Source of the DNA: Candidatus Dormiibacterota bacterium
GTDB lineage: Bacteria; Chloroflexota; Dormibacteria; Aeolococcales; Aeolococcaceae
Assembly: GCA_963709585.1 (NCBI GenBank)
Contig: CAVPXI010000016.1
Location: forward strand, 32,001-96,000
DNA length: 64,000 nucleotides
Direction: 5' to 3'
Of the stretch, positions 19,587-29,430 are shown one piece after another (position 1 is the first letter of the stretch; every line of letters begins with the position of its first letter). The notes beneath the pieces were generated by a model. The model saw only the letters and a list, made by a program, of their open reading frames with translations, did no database searches and was not told the DNA's origin. Position numbers and translations under genes: made by a program.

Positions 19587-20309
19587 CTAACCGATGGGAA
19601 GTTGGTGCGCAACGATGGCGCCCAGGATGCCGCCGACGATCGGCCCCACCACCGGTATCAGGGCGTACTCCCAGTCGGATGAGCCCTTGCCGGGGATCGG
19701 CAGGAGGAAGTGGGCGATGCGGGGCATGAGGTCGCGGGCAGGGTTGATCGCGTACCCGGTCGGACCGCCCAGGGAGAGGCCGATCGCGAAGACCAGCAAG
19801 CCGATGATCAGCGGCGCGAGTCCACCGACCAGGCCATTTCCCTTGGAGGTGATGGCAACGACCCCGAAGACGAGCACGAAGGTGCCGATGACCTCGCTGA
19901 TGAAGTTGAACGCTGGGTTGCGGATAGCAGGGCCCGTGCAGAAGACCGCGAGCTTCAGACCAGGATCCTCGGTCTCCTTCCAGTGGTGGCTGTAATGAAC
20001 CCACACCAGGACCGCCCCGATGAACGCTCCCACCAGCTCTCCGCCGATGTACGACGGAACGTTCGACCAGTCGGTCACGCCGATGACCGCCAGCCCAAGC
20101 GTTACCGCGGGGTTGAGGTGCGCGCCGTCGAACTGACCCACGGCATACACGGCCATCGCGACGGCCATCGCCCACCCGAAGGTGATGACGATCCACCCAC
20201 TGTTCTGGGCCTTCGACTTGGACAGCAATACGCCGGCGACGACGCCATCTCCCAAGAGGATCAGTAGGCCAGTACCGATGACCTCCGAGAAAAAGATATG
20301 GCCAGGCAT
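19587..20309 (-). CDS. glpF: Glycerol uptake facilitator (aquaglyceroporin)
   Basis: HLNPAVT and INPARD motifs; AAGGAGG RBS before ATG 20309. Confidence 0.94.
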   Translation of the reverse strand: MPGHIFFSEVIGTGLLILLGDGVVAGVLLSKSKAQNSGWIVITFGWAMAVAMAVYAVGQFDGAHLNPAVTLGLAVIGVTDWSNVPSYIGGELVGAFIGAVLVWVHYSHHWKETEDPGLKLAVFCTGPAIRNPAFNFISEVIGTFVLVFGVVAITSKGNGLVGGLAPLIIGLLVFAIGLSLGGPTGYAINPARDLMPRIAHFLLPIPGKGSSDWEYALIPVVGPIVGGILGAIVAHQLPIG

Positions 20310-20356
20310 TAGTGCCACCTCCTTGGCGCGATCTCTGCCCCTGATTGGGTGTGCGG

Positions 20357-20405
20357 ACAGTACCCTCGGTCGTAGGGCATTGTCAATCACCTTTGGCAAT
20401 GGCCC
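20357..20405 (-). promoter_or_regulatory. glpF-glpK promoter with candidate GylR operator sites
   Basis: Minus-strand TTGACA (20386-20381), 18 nt spacer, TACTGT (20362-20357); GGCATTGTC and GGCAATGGC cores resemble the palindromes at 25332 and 29416. Confidence 0.55.
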
Positions 20406-20441
20406 TTTTGCCCGATTAAGGAATTGATAGGCTTAGGGCCC

Positions 20442-21206
20442 GTGCCCAAGCCGATCCAATCCATCGAACGAGCCTCGGCCATCCTCCGGCTGCTCTCCGG
20501 GCGAACCCGCCGGCTGAGCCTCGCCGAGGTGGCCGGCGAGCTGGGGCTTCCCAAGGGCACGGTCTACGGCATCATGCGCACGCTCCTGTCGGTGGGCTTC
20601 GTCGAGCAGGATCCGGAGTCCGGCAAGTACCGCATCGGCGCTGCGCTGCTCCACCTGGGGAGCAGCTACCTCGATGGCAACGAGCTGCGCACGCGCGCAC
20701 TCAACTGGGCGGACTGGCTGGCTGCGCGCACCAACGAGAGCGTGCGCCTGGGCACCTTGCACGACGGTCACGTCCTCCTCGTCCATCACGTGTTCCGTCC
20801 CGACAACAGCCCGCAGGTTCTCGAGGTGGGCGCGCTGCTGCCGATCCATGCGACCGCGATGGGCAAGGTGCTGCTCGCGTATCACCCCTACCTGGCAGCG
20901 GAGCTCAGCAACGGCGCGCTGCAGCGTTTCACGAATTGCACGATCACCGATCCCACGCGGCTCGCGCTCGAGCTCGAGCACGTGCAGGAACAGGGATGGG
21001 CTTCATCGGTCGAAGAGCTCATCGAAGGCGAGACGTCGTGCGCTGCGCCGATACGTGACCGGCAAGGTGTCGCGGTCGGCGCCATCGCCATCTCCGGGCC
21101 GACCGAACGACTCTGTGACGGCTCGCAACTCCGCAGCGAGCTCGTGTCCTACGTCCGCGAAGGAGCACGCACGATCTCGCGCGACCTGGGAGCAGTTCCG
21201 TGGTGA
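20442..21206 (+). CDS. gylR: IclR-family glycerol operon regulator (GylR-like)
   Basis: IQSIERASAILRLL, YLDGNELRTRA, VHHVFRPD, HATAMGK; divergent from glpF. Confidence 0.85.
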   Translation: MPKPIQSIERASAILRLLSGRTRRLSLAEVAGELGLPKGTVYGIMRTLLSVGFVEQDPESGKYRIGAALLHLGSSYLDGNELRTRALNWADWLAARTNESVRLGTLHDGHVLLVHHVFRPDNSPQVLEVGALLPIHATAMGKVLLAYHPYLAAELSNGALQRFTNCTITDPTRLALELEHVQEQGWASSVEELIEGETSCAAPIRDRQGVAVGAIAISGPTERLCDGSQLRSELVSYVREGARTISRDLGAVPW

Positions 21207-21371
21207 AGTCACGCAGTATCAGCCGGCACGAGGGACAACGCTCTTGAAACGCAATCTGCTGCGACTTATGGTCGCCCCGCGCAGCGAGGGCGACGGCCGT
21301 CATCACAGGGCGATGGACAGAAATGTCAGCCGCTCCACAGCCGCGTGGAAATCTGCGTGGAGCCGCGAGCG

Positions 21372-22865
21372 TTGAGCGACCGATACGTTGCCGCGATCGA
21401 TCAGGGAACGTCTTCCTCGCGATGCCTGGTATTTGATCAGCAGGGTCGGATCGTTTCGCTCAGCCAGAAGGAACACGAGCAGATATTTCCGCGACCGGGT
21501 TGGGTCGAGCACGATCCTCGCGAGATCCTGCGCAACGTCATCGAGGTCGTGCACGGCGCCCTCGAGAGCGGCGGCATCGATGTACGCGACCTCGTCGCGG
21601 TCGGCATCGCGAATCAGCGTGAGACCACCGTGGTCTGGGACCCGCACACCGGCGAGCCGGTGCACAACGCGATCGTCTGGCAGGACACGCGCACCGACGC
21701 GCTGTGCCGGAAGCTTGGCGCCGAGCACGGTCAGGATCGATTCCGCGACCTGTGCGGGCTGCCGCTCGCGACCTACTTCTCCGGGCCGAAGGTGAGCTGG
21801 CTGCTCGACAGCGCTCCAGGTCTGCGCCGGCGAGCCGAGGAGGGCGACCTGCTGTTCGGGACGATGGACAGCTGGCTCGTCTGGAATCTCACCGGTCGCC
21901 ACGTCACCGACGTCACCAATGCAAGCCGCACGATGCTGATGAACCTCGAGACGCTCGACTGGGATGACACGCTGCTCGAGGCGATCGGGGTCCCGCGGGC
22001 CATGTTGCCGGAGATCCAACCCTCGTCGAGGATCTACGGTGAAGCCGTCGACTCGCTCGGCGGCGTGCCCATCGCCGCCGCCCTCGGTGATCAGCAGGCG
22101 GCGCTGTTCGGGCAGACGTGCTTTTCGGCCGGCGAGGCCAAGTGCACGTACGGCACGGGCAGCTTCCTGCTGCTCAACACCGGGAACCGACCGGTCCTCT
22201 CCGGACACGGTTTGATCACGACCGTCGGATCCAAGATCGGAGACGAACCCGCGACCTACGCGCTCGAAGGGTCGATCGCGGTCACGGGGGCGCTCGTGCA
22301 GTGGTTCCGCGACAAGGTGGGGCTGATCGGCAGCGCACCCGAGGTCGAAACCCTCGCTCGAACCGTCGACGACAACGGCGGCATCTACTTCGTCCCCGCG
22401 TTCTCGGGGTTGTTCGCTCCCCATTGGCGCGGCGACGCCCGCGGCGTCATCGCCGGGCTAACGGGCTACGTCACCAAGGGCCACCTCGCCCGCGCGGTAC
22501 TCGAAGCCACCGCGTGGCAGACGCGCGAAGTCGTCGACGCGATGAATGCCGATTCGGGCATCGAGCTGAGCTCGCTGAAGGCTGACGGCGGGATGACCGC
22601 CAACAACCTGTTGATGCAGTTCCTGGCTGACGTGCTCGGCGTGCCGGTGGTGCGACCAATCGTCGCCGAGACCGTTTCGCTCGGCGCCGCATACGCCGCC
22701 GGTCTCGCGGTCGGGTTCTGGCCCGACATCGAGAGTCTCCGGGCAAACTGGCACAAGGCCGCGGAGTGGATCCCGAACATGGACCCGGTCGATCGCGACC
22801 GGGGCTATCGCAAGTGGAAGAAGGCTGTGCAGCGCACCCTCGACTGGGTCGACGACGACGACTGA
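21372..22865 (+). CDS. glpK: Glycerol kinase (copy 2)
   Basis: [34 protein letters not shown]; start codon approximate. Confidence 0.94.
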   Translation: MSDRYVAAIDQGTSSSRCLVFDQQGRIVSLSQKEHEQIFPRPGWVEHDPREILRNVIEVVHGALESGGIDVRDLVAVGIANQRETTVVWDPHTGEPVHNAIVWQDTRTDALCRKLGAEHGQDRFRDLCGLPLATYFSGPKVSWLLDSAPGLRRRAEEGDLLFGTMDSWLVWNLTGRHVTDVTNASRTMLMNLETLDWDDTLLEAIGVPRAMLPEIQPSSRIYGEAVDSLGGVPIAAALGDQQAALFGQTCFSAGEAKCTYGTGSFLLLNTGNRPVLSGHGLITTVGSKIGDEPATYALEGSIAVTGALVQWFRDKVGLIGSAPEVETLARTVDDNGGIYFVPAFSGLFAPHWRGDARGVIAGLTGYVTKGHLARAVLEATAWQTREVVDAMNADSGIELSSLKADGGMTANNLLMQFLADVLGVPVVRPIVAETVSLGAAYAAGLAVGFWPDIESLRANWHKAAEWIPNMDPVDRDRGYRKWKKAVQRTLDWVDDDD

Positions 22866-22877
22866 CGTCGACGCAGG

Positions 22878-23405
22878 CTAGATGACGAAGCGCCGGTAGC
22901 GCCAGAGGTAATCGAGGCCGCTCAGCACGGTGGCGATCACCGCGATCCAGATGAACGCCACAGCCGGGGGCATCAGCCACGGATACGGCTGGGCAAGGAT
23001 GATCAACAGGATCATGCAGTTCTGGGTCAGGGTCTTCGACTTGCCCCACGGCGTGGAGCTGACCACCACGCCCTGGGCGGCGGCGACCGATCGCAGCCCG
23101 GTGATCAGAAATTCGCGAGCGGCGACGACGACCACGACCCATGCCGGGAGCAGAGATTGCGTGGCGAGGATCACCAGAACGGTGATCACCAGGAGCTTGT
23201 CTGCAAGCGGGTCGAGGAACTTGCCCAGCTCGGTCACGAGGTTGCGGCTTCGTGCGATCCGTCCATCGAGCGTGTCGGTTGCCGCGGCGGTGACGTAGGC
23301 GACGGCACTGATCTGGTAGTGGTCGGTGAAATCGACCGCCAGAAAGGCGCCGATCACCGGGACCAGGAGGATCCGCAGGATCGTCAGCTGGTTGGGGATC
23401 GTCAT
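22878..23405 (-). CDS. pgsA: CDP-diacylglycerol--glycerol-3-phosphate 3-phosphatidyltransferase
   Basis: PNQLTILR, TDTLDGRIAR...GKFLDPLADK signature. Confidence 0.92.
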   Translation of the reverse strand: MTIPNQLTILRILLVPVIGAFLAVDFTDHYQISAVAYVTAAATDTLDGRIARSRNLVTELGKFLDPLADKLLVITVLVILATQSLLPAWVVVVVAAREFLITGLRSVAAAQGVVVSSTPWGKSKTLTQNCMILLIILAQPYPWLMPPAVAFIWIAVIATVLSGLDYLWRYRRFVI

Positions 23406-23488
23406 GTGCCGCGTCACCGCGTCAGTGTGCATCCGACCTTCCGCAACGGGGCAGGGCGTGTCTCGGAGATTGCATCTAGAATCGCTGG

Positions 23489-24154
23489 GTGAGCCTCCTG
23501 ACCATTGTGCTTTTGGGGGTGGCCGGATACGTGCTCGGGAGTCTCCCATGGGGATACTGGCTCTCGAGGTTCTTCACGGGGAAGGACATACGCCAGGTTG
23601 GGAGCAGGGGTACTGGGGCGGCGAACGTCTGGCGCCACGCCGGTTTCAAGATGTTCTTCGCCGTTGCGTTGCTGGACATCGGGAAGGGTTCGGCGGCCGC
23701 GGCCCTCGGCCTTGCCGCCGGCGGTCGCTGGGGAGCGGTGATTGCCGGCACTGCCGCTTTGATCGGCCACTGGCGGCCCCTGTTCCTCGGCTGCAGGCGC
23801 GGGGGCAAGATCGTCGCGACCACCGTCGGCGTCGCGCTGGTGATCGCGCCGCTCGCATCGGTGGTGATGGCGGTCGTCTGGTGGATGGTGCTCCTCGCCA
23901 CCCGCTACACCTCGGTGGCCTCGATCGCCGCGTCACTGGCGCTGCCCCCGCTGGTCCTGGCCTTCGGTGGCTCGTGGCCCGAGGTGCTCTTCACGCTCGG
24001 CGCCGCGGCGGCCATCATCGTGCTCCATCGCGCCAACATCGAGCGGCTGGCACGCGGAACCGAAAACCGGTTCGCGCTGCGTCTGCCCGGACTGCGCCGG
24101 CGCGCTCCGTCGCCGGTCGCAGCTGTGCCGCCGCCGATCGCACGCCCCCAATGA
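23489..24154 (+). CDS. plsY: Glycerol-3-phosphate 1-O-acyltransferase
   Basis: GYVLGSLP, DIRQVGS..GAANVWR, DIGKG, GHWRP...GGKIVAT, HRANIERL..GTE. Confidence 0.92.
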   Translation: MSLLTIVLLGVAGYVLGSLPWGYWLSRFFTGKDIRQVGSRGTGAANVWRHAGFKMFFAVALLDIGKGSAAAALGLAAGGRWGAVIAGTAALIGHWRPLFLGCRRGGKIVATTVGVALVIAPLASVVMAVVWWMVLLATRYTSVASIAASLALPPLVLAFGGSWPEVLFTLGAAAAIIVLHRANIERLARGTENRFALRLPGLRRRAPSPVAAVPPPIARPQ

Positions 24155-24165
24155 GGCGACCGTCC

Positions 24166-25197
24166 CTAGGCAGGTCTGGACGCGTTCGCTGACGAGTCGG
24201 TGAAGCCGGGGAGCGGCCGCAGGATCAGGCCCTGCTCGATGTACCAACTGACCGTCCGGCGCATCGTGGTCTCGATCGGGGTGTAGACCAGGCCGAGGTC
24301 CCTGGCCGCAGTCGACCCGTCGTATGCGGAGCCCTCGATCAGGGTGCGAACCATCTCACGACAGAAGCGGGTCGGCCTCCCGCGAATACGGGCGACCAGT
24401 TCGATGCACGCGGAGGCGGCGAGCGCGAGCCCAGGGGCGAGGAATCGCGGGGGATCGTCGAGCCCGGTGAGGCGGGAGAGGAGGGCGAGCCCGCTGCGCA
24501 GCGTCATCGAGGCCCCGCACAGCAGGTACCGCTCCCCGGGAACGCCGCGCTCCTCGGCGAGCAGATGGCCGCGGGTGCAGTCGGCGATGTCGATGACGTT
24601 CAGCGGCCCGTCGACCGCGGCGGGGAGCTTGCCGTTGAGATACCCGATCAGCAGCCGAGCTGTCCCGCTGGTCCGCCCCGGCCCTTGCACCGACGCCGGG
24701 TTGACGCAGACGACGGCGAGCCCGGTGTTCGCCGAGGCTTCGAGGATCGCCTGCTCAGCCTCGTACTTCGATCGAGCGTAGTTCGAGAGAAACCGTCGGG
24801 AGCCGCGACGACCGCCGGCTCCTCCCGCTGATGGGACGTCGAGGGTCGCTGCCGACGACGTGTAGACCAGCCTGGCGACGCCGGCCGCGCTGGCAGCGAG
24901 CACGACCGTTCGAGATCCGGCCACGTTGACCTCGAACATCGGCCGGGAGTCGGGCACGCAGAACGCGTTCACCCCGGCTGCGTGGTAGACGACCGTGCAT
25001 CCCTCGAACCCGGTCTCGAGCGCCGACCGGTCGCGCAGATCGCCGCGCACCGGCTCTGCGCCGATCGCAATCAGGCGCTGGGCGGCGGAGTTGGAGCGGG
25101 CGAGTGCCCGCACCGGGCGGCCGGCGGCGACCAGCTCTTCGACGATCGATCTCCCGAGGAACCCGGTCGCCCCCGTCACGAAAGCCCTGTCAGCCAT
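24166..25197 (-). CDS. NAD-dependent epimerase/dehydratase (extended SDR, HpnA/DFR-like)
   Basis: VTGATGFLG, YARSK catalytic motif, GERYLL. Confidence 0.88.
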   Translation of the reverse strand: MADRAFVTGATGFLGRSIVEELVAAGRPVRALARSNSAAQRLIAIGAEPVRGDLRDRSALETGFEGCTVVYHAAGVNAFCVPDSRPMFEVNVAGSRTVVLAASAAGVARLVYTSSAATLDVPSAGGAGGRRGSRRFLSNYARSKYEAEQAILEASANTGLAVVCVNPASVQGPGRTSGTARLLIGYLNGKLPAAVDGPLNVIDIADCTRGHLLAEERGVPGERYLLCGASMTLRSGLALLSRLTGLDDPPRFLAPGLALAASACIELVARIRGRPTRFCREMVRTLIEGSAYDGSTAARDLGLVYTPIETTMRRTVSWYIEQGLILRPLPGFTDSSANASRPA

Positions 25198-25291
25198 GGA
25201 GAACGGAGCCTACGCCGTCGCCTCGGGGACCCTGCCGAGCCCAGCCGAGGCCGAGTTCACTTGACCGTCTCGGACCATCTCGACAAACCCA

Positions 25292-25346
25292 TTGACAGCA
25301 CCCTTGCCAAAAGAGTAATTTCCGACCAACGTTCGATAATGTCGAA
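25292..25346 (+). promoter_or_regulatory. dhaK promoter and operator palindrome
   Basis: TTGACA 25292-25297, TAATTT 25316-25321, TTCGA-TAATG-TCGAA palindrome 25332-25346. Confidence 0.65.
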
Positions 25347-25385
25347 TAACAGGAGTGTCGAGCCATGGCCACAGCCACCAGGCGC

Positions 25386-26387
25386 ATGCGGAAGATCATC
25401 AACGAGCCGGACCAGGTCGTCAAAGAATCGCTCGCCGGGCTTGCCGCCTCCGTTCCCAACCTGCTGCGCTACGACGTCGCGAATCAGATCCTGGTGCGGG
25501 TGGACGCGCCGGTCAAGGGAAAGGTCGCGCTGATCTCGGGTGGTGGATCCGGGCACGAGCCGCTCCATGGCGGCTTCGTCGGCGTCGGCATGCTCGATGC
25601 GGCGTGCCCGGGCGAGGTGTTCACCTCCCCGGTCCCGGACCAGATGCTCGCCGCCACCAAGGCTGTGAACGGTGGGGCGGGGGTCATCCACATCGTCAAG
25701 AACTACACCGGTGACGTCCTGAACTTCAAGATGGCCGCCGACGAGGCTTCCGAAGAGGGCATCAAGGTCGACACGATCGTCATCGACGACGACGTCGCCG
25801 TCCAGGACTCGCTGTACACCGCCGGGCGTCGCGGCGTCGGTGCGACCGTGCTCGCCGAGAAGATCGCGGGTGCCGCCGCGGAGCGTGGCGATGCCCTCGA
25901 AGCGGTGGCAGACGTCGTGCGCCATGTCAATGCTCGGGCACGCTCCTTCGGCATCGCGCTGTCGTCGTGCATCCCACCAGCGTCCGGCAAGCCCATCTTC
26001 GATCTTCCCGAAGGCGAGATGGAAGTCGGCATCGGTATCCACGGCGAGCCGGGACGCCGTCGTGCGCCACTCGGCAGTGCCGCCGAGATCGCGGACATCA
26101 TGGTCGAGGCTGTCACCTCCGACCTTGCTGCCAAAGCTGGCTCAAACGTGCTCGCCTTTGTCAACGGCATGGGTGGCACCCCGCTGCTCGAGCTCTACCT
26201 GCTTTACGGCGAGGTGGAGAAGCGCCTGCGGGCTGCCGGGCTCACGCCCGTGCGTAACCTCGTCGGCAGCTACATCACGTCGCTCGAGATGGCCGGAGCT
26301 TCGCTGACGGTCCTCGAGCTCGACGAGAACCTCACGGCGCTGTGGGACGCGCCCGTGCACACCGCCGCGCTTCGCTGGGGAGGCTGA
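25386..26387 (+). CDS. dhaK: PTS-dependent dihydroxyacetone kinase subunit K
   Basis: SGGGSGHEP, KNYTGD, GRRGVGAT, GIGIHGEPG. Confidence 0.95.
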   Translation: MRKIINEPDQVVKESLAGLAASVPNLLRYDVANQILVRVDAPVKGKVALISGGGSGHEPLHGGFVGVGMLDAACPGEVFTSPVPDQMLAATKAVNGGAGVIHIVKNYTGDVLNFKMAADEASEEGIKVDTIVIDDDVAVQDSLYTAGRRGVGATVLAEKIAGAAAERGDALEAVADVVRHVNARARSFGIALSSCIPPASGKPIFDLPEGEMEVGIGIHGEPGRRRAPLGSAAEIADIMVEAVTSDLAAKAGSNVLAFVNGMGGTPLLELYLLYGEVEKRLRAAGLTPVRNLVGSYITSLEMAGASLTVLELDENLTALWDAPVHTAALRWGG

Positions 26388-26412
26388 TGCTATCGTGGCG
26401 GTCGCTATAGCA

Positions 26413-27045
26413 ATGAACTCGCAGACCGTCACGGCGTGGATGAACGAGATCGCCGCATCGGTTCGCGCCGAGCGGGACTATCTGGTCCAGCTCGACGCGG
26501 CGATCGGCGATGGCGACCACGGCATCAACCTGAATCGCGGGTTCGATGCCGTGACGCTCGCTTTGAGCACTGAGCCGGATGGAACCCCGGGCAAGCTGCT
26601 GATCCTTTCCGGCAAGACGCTGATCTCCACGGTCGGCGGCGCCAGCGGTCCGCTCTGGGGATCGGCGCTGCGCAAGGCGGGACGCGCCCTGGGCGATGAA
26701 CCGACCTTCGATCTGGCCCAACTCGTCGATGCGATGGCTGCGGCACTCGCATCGATTCAGGACCTGGGCGCGGCTGTGCCGGGTGACAAGACCATGGTCG
26801 ACGCGCTCGAGCCGGCGGTGACGGCGATGCGAGCGGGGCTCGCACGCGGCGCGTCGAGTGGGGAAATGCTTCGCTCCGCGGCGGAGGCGGCGGAGGCGGG
26901 GATGCGGGCAACCATCCCCATGCAGGCGCGCAAGGGACGCGCGTCCTACCTCGGCGAACGCTCGATCGGACATCAGGACCCGGGAGCGACCTCGACCGCC
27001 ATGATCATCCGCGCCCTGGAACGGACGGTAGCGGGCACTCCTTAA
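26413..27045 (+). CDS. dhaL: Dihydroxyacetone kinase ADP-binding subunit L
   Basis: LDAAIGDGDHG, VGGASGPLWG, GDKTMVD, KGRASYLGERS, DPGA. Confidence 0.95.
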   Translation: MNSQTVTAWMNEIAASVRAERDYLVQLDAAIGDGDHGINLNRGFDAVTLALSTEPDGTPGKLLILSGKTLISTVGGASGPLWGSALRKAGRALGDEPTFDLAQLVDAMAAALASIQDLGAAVPGDKTMVDALEPAVTAMRAGLARGASSGEMLRSAAEAAEAGMRATIPMQARKGRASYLGERSIGHQDPGATSTAMIIRALERTVAGTP

Positions 27046-28733
27046 TGACCGAGCGAGTGCTCGCTGGCGTTCCAGCGTCACCGGGGACAGCGTTCGGAAG
27101 GGTTCGGCAACTCGACGCCGGCGGTGGGATCGACGGAATCGTCCTCGACGACGGCGCGCGTCCGGCTGCAGCGGCGCAGGCCCTCGACGCGCTGGCGCAA
27201 TCGGCGCGGGAGCTCGAAAAGCTTGCGGCGGCGATTCGAGCTGAAGGCCGGACCGCGGAGGCAGACATCCTCGACGCCGGAATGATGATGGCCGAGGACC
27301 CGATGCTCCGCGACGCCGTCGAGCGCGCGGTGCTCATCCGCGGCCTCACTGCGGCGAGCGCGATTCGCGTCGAGGTGGAGGCTGCCGCGACGCAGCTGGA
27401 CATGCTCGGTGATGCTGAGCTCGCGGCGCGGGCCGCGGATGTCCGGAGCCTCGCGAGGCGGGCATCGCGACACGCGTCCGGCAACTCCGCCGTCAGTGCG
27501 AAGAGCGGCGGCGACGACGCGATTCTGGTTGCGCCTGATCTCGGTCCCGCAGACGTCATCGAGCTCGACGGCGACGTGCGCGGGATCGCCCTCGCGGTCG
27601 GGGGTGTGACCGGCCACGCCGCGATCGTCGCGCGCGGGCTCGGTCTCCCGATGGTGGTAGGACTCGGTGCGGATCTCCTCTCAATGGCGGAGGGCGAGCT
27701 CTGCATCGTCGACGGCGACCGGAGCGTGGTCATCGGGTCGCCGGACCGCGGCCGCGTCGAGGCGGTGCGCGGAGCGATCGCCGCCGCCCGGGAGGCGCGA
27801 GCTCGAGCCATGGCGGCTCTCGCCCTGCCGACAGTCACTCGCGACCGCCGGATGGTTCGCGTCCTCGCCAACGCCGCGACCGCGACGGAGGTGCGCGCCG
27901 CGTTGGAGGCGGGTGCCGACGGGGTGGGCCTGCTGCGCACCGAGCTGGCCTTCCTGGAAGCCCGGCACTGGCCGACCGTCGCCGAGCATCGCCGCACGCT
28001 CGACCCTGCGCTGACCCAGCTCAGGGGATTGACGGCGACCGTTCGCCTGCTCGATTTCGGAGGCGACAAGACGCCCCCCTTCCTTAAAGGAGTCTACGGA
28101 CGTGGCGTCGAGCTCCTCCTGGAGGATGCCGAGGCGCTCTCGTGGCAGCTCGAGGCGATCCTCGAGGCAGGTGCTGCCACCGAGCTTCGGGTGCTCATCC
28201 CGATGGTGACCGAGCCCGCTCAGGTGCGCGCGGTGAGGGCCGCCATCGAACCGATCGCCGCGAGGAGGGGGAGTCGCATACCGGTCGTGGCCGCGATGGT
28301 CGAAGTTCCGGCGGCCGTTGTCATGGCAGATCGCATCGCCCGCGAGGTGGGCATGCTCAGCATCGGCACCAACGACCTGACCAGTTTTCAGCTCGGGATC
28401 GATCGGACTCGGCCCGGCGGCGCTCCGGCGCATCACCCCGCCGTGCTCCAGCTGATCGCCGACACCGTCGGCGCCGCTCGCACCACCGGGATCCCGGTCG
28501 AGGTGTGCGGCGAAGCGGCATCGAATCCGCTGGTGATGCCGCTGCTGGTCGGACTGGGTGTCGACGAGTTGAGCGTCGGTGCGGCCGCGGTCGCTCGAGT
28601 TCGGGCGTGGGTCCGTGCGCTGAACTACGAGGAGGCGGCAGGAATCGCGTACCGCGCGCTCGACGCCGAATCGGCTGCCGAGGTGGAGTCGCTGGAGCGC
28701 CCGCTCCGCTCCCTACTCGACGACGCCGGCTGA
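27045..28733 (+). CDS. ptsI: PEP-protein phosphotransferase (PTS enzyme I)
   Basis: GGVTGHAAIVAR phospho-His, GVGLLRTE, DFGGDK, MVEVP, SIGTNDL, VCGE. Confidence 0.92.
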   Translation: MTERVLAGVPASPGTAFGRVRQLDAGGGIDGIVLDDGARPAAAAQALDALAQSARELEKLAAAIRAEGRTAEADILDAGMMMAEDPMLRDAVERAVLIRGLTAASAIRVEVEAAATQLDMLGDAELAARAADVRSLARRASRHASGNSAVSAKSGGDDAILVAPDLGPADVIELDGDVRGIALAVGGVTGHAAIVARGLGLPMVVGLGADLLSMAEGELCIVDGDRSVVIGSPDRGRVEAVRGAIAAAREARARAMAALALPTVTRDRRMVRVLANAATATEVRAALEAGADGVGLLRTELAFLEARHWPTVAEHRRTLDPALTQLRGLTATVRLLDFGGDKTPPFLKGVYGRGVELLLEDAEALSWQLEAILEAGAATELRVLIPMVTEPAQVRAVRAAIEPIAARRGSRIPVVAAMVEVPAAVVMADRIAREVGMLSIGTNDLTSFQLGIDRTRPGGAPAHHPAVLQLIADTVGAARTTGIPVEVCGEAASNPLVMPLLVGLGVDELSVGAAAVARVRAWVRALNYEEAAGIAYRALDAESAAEVESLERPLRSLLDDAG

Positions 28734-28983
28734 ACGACTCCGCCAGCGCGTCGAGCGCCGCTGCGGCGTCCTCACCGTCGGCGCGCACCAGCAACGTCGT
28801 ACCCGCGGTTGCGCCCAGCCCGAGCACGCTGAGAATGCTCTTCGCGTCGGCCTCACGTCCGTTCGCAGCGACGACGATCTTCGAGCGGAAGCGCATTGCG
28901 GTGCGAACGAAGAGCGCCGCGGGGCGGGCGTGGAGCGCCACGCCGTCGGGAAGCGTCATGGTGGCTTCAGAGCTTGCGAGCAT
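28713..28983 (-). CDS. ptsH: HPr phosphocarrier (3' end frameshifted as given; the ORF reads through to 28357)
   Basis: LHARPA (His15) and DAKSIL (Ser46). Removing one base at 28733-28734 gives an 89-aa protein ending AGVVE* and keeps the ptsI stop. Confidence 0.85.
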
Positions 28984-29365
28984 CGCGGGCCTCTTCGGCA
29001 GCTTGCGCCACCTCATCGAGCGGTGCTCCCGACGAAGCGATGACAGCGGCTGCCACCGCGCCCTCGACAAAAGGCGCATCGACAAGCCGGATGTGGCCGT
29101 TGCCGTTGCCGCCGAGCACCTCGCGCACAGTGAGGATGGCGCTACCGAGGTCGCAGAGCAGCAGGACCCCGTCGCCTTGATCGGCTCGCTCGATCGCCGC
29201 GCGGACGAGGTTGTCGGAAGTGCCGAGGCCTCCGTCCTGGTCACCTCCGGCGGGCTCGATATGCACGTCCGGCCCTGCCATCTGACCGGCGAGAAGCGTA
29301 AGCCCCGCGGCCAACTGGGGGCTGTGTGACACCAGTACAATCCCGACGGCCACCACGTCCCTCAT
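28967..29365 (-). CDS. dhaM: Dihydroxyacetone kinase phosphotransfer subunit (EIIA-like)
   Basis: VGIVLVSHS, AGG...GLGTS, DLGSA, DAPFVEGAVAA. Confidence 0.92.
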   Translation of the reverse strand: MRDVVAVGIVLVSHSPQLAAGLTLLAGQMAGPDVHIEPAGGDQDGGLGTSDNLVRAAIERADQGDGVLLLCDLGSAILTVREVLGGNGNGHIRLVDAPFVEGAVAAAVIASSGAPLDEVAQAAEEARDARKL

Positions 29366-29410
29366 TGTCACGCGGTCGGTTCAGAGTGCCGACTAGTCTA
29401 CATCCTCGAC

Positions 29411-29430
29411 CATAATTCAGCAATGCCGAA
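29411..29430 (+). promoter_or_regulatory. Leaderless -10 and autoregulatory operator over the start of the second IclR gene
   Basis: CATAAT at 29411-29416, 6 nt before ATG; TTCAGCAATGCCGAA (29416-29430) resembles the dhaK palindrome. Confidence 0.6.

Noticed and set aside
18038-22865. Two similar glpK sequences in inverted orientation as a possible assembly duplication or invertible segment
   Set aside because: The copies differ throughout at protein level, including an indel, so they are old paralogs; no recombinase or terminal repeats seen
24166-25197. SDR as the missing glycerol dehydrogenase feeding DhaKLM
   Set aside because: The sequence fits the HpnA/dihydroflavonol-reductase-like extended SDRs, not known glycerol dehydrogenases; adjacency is the only support
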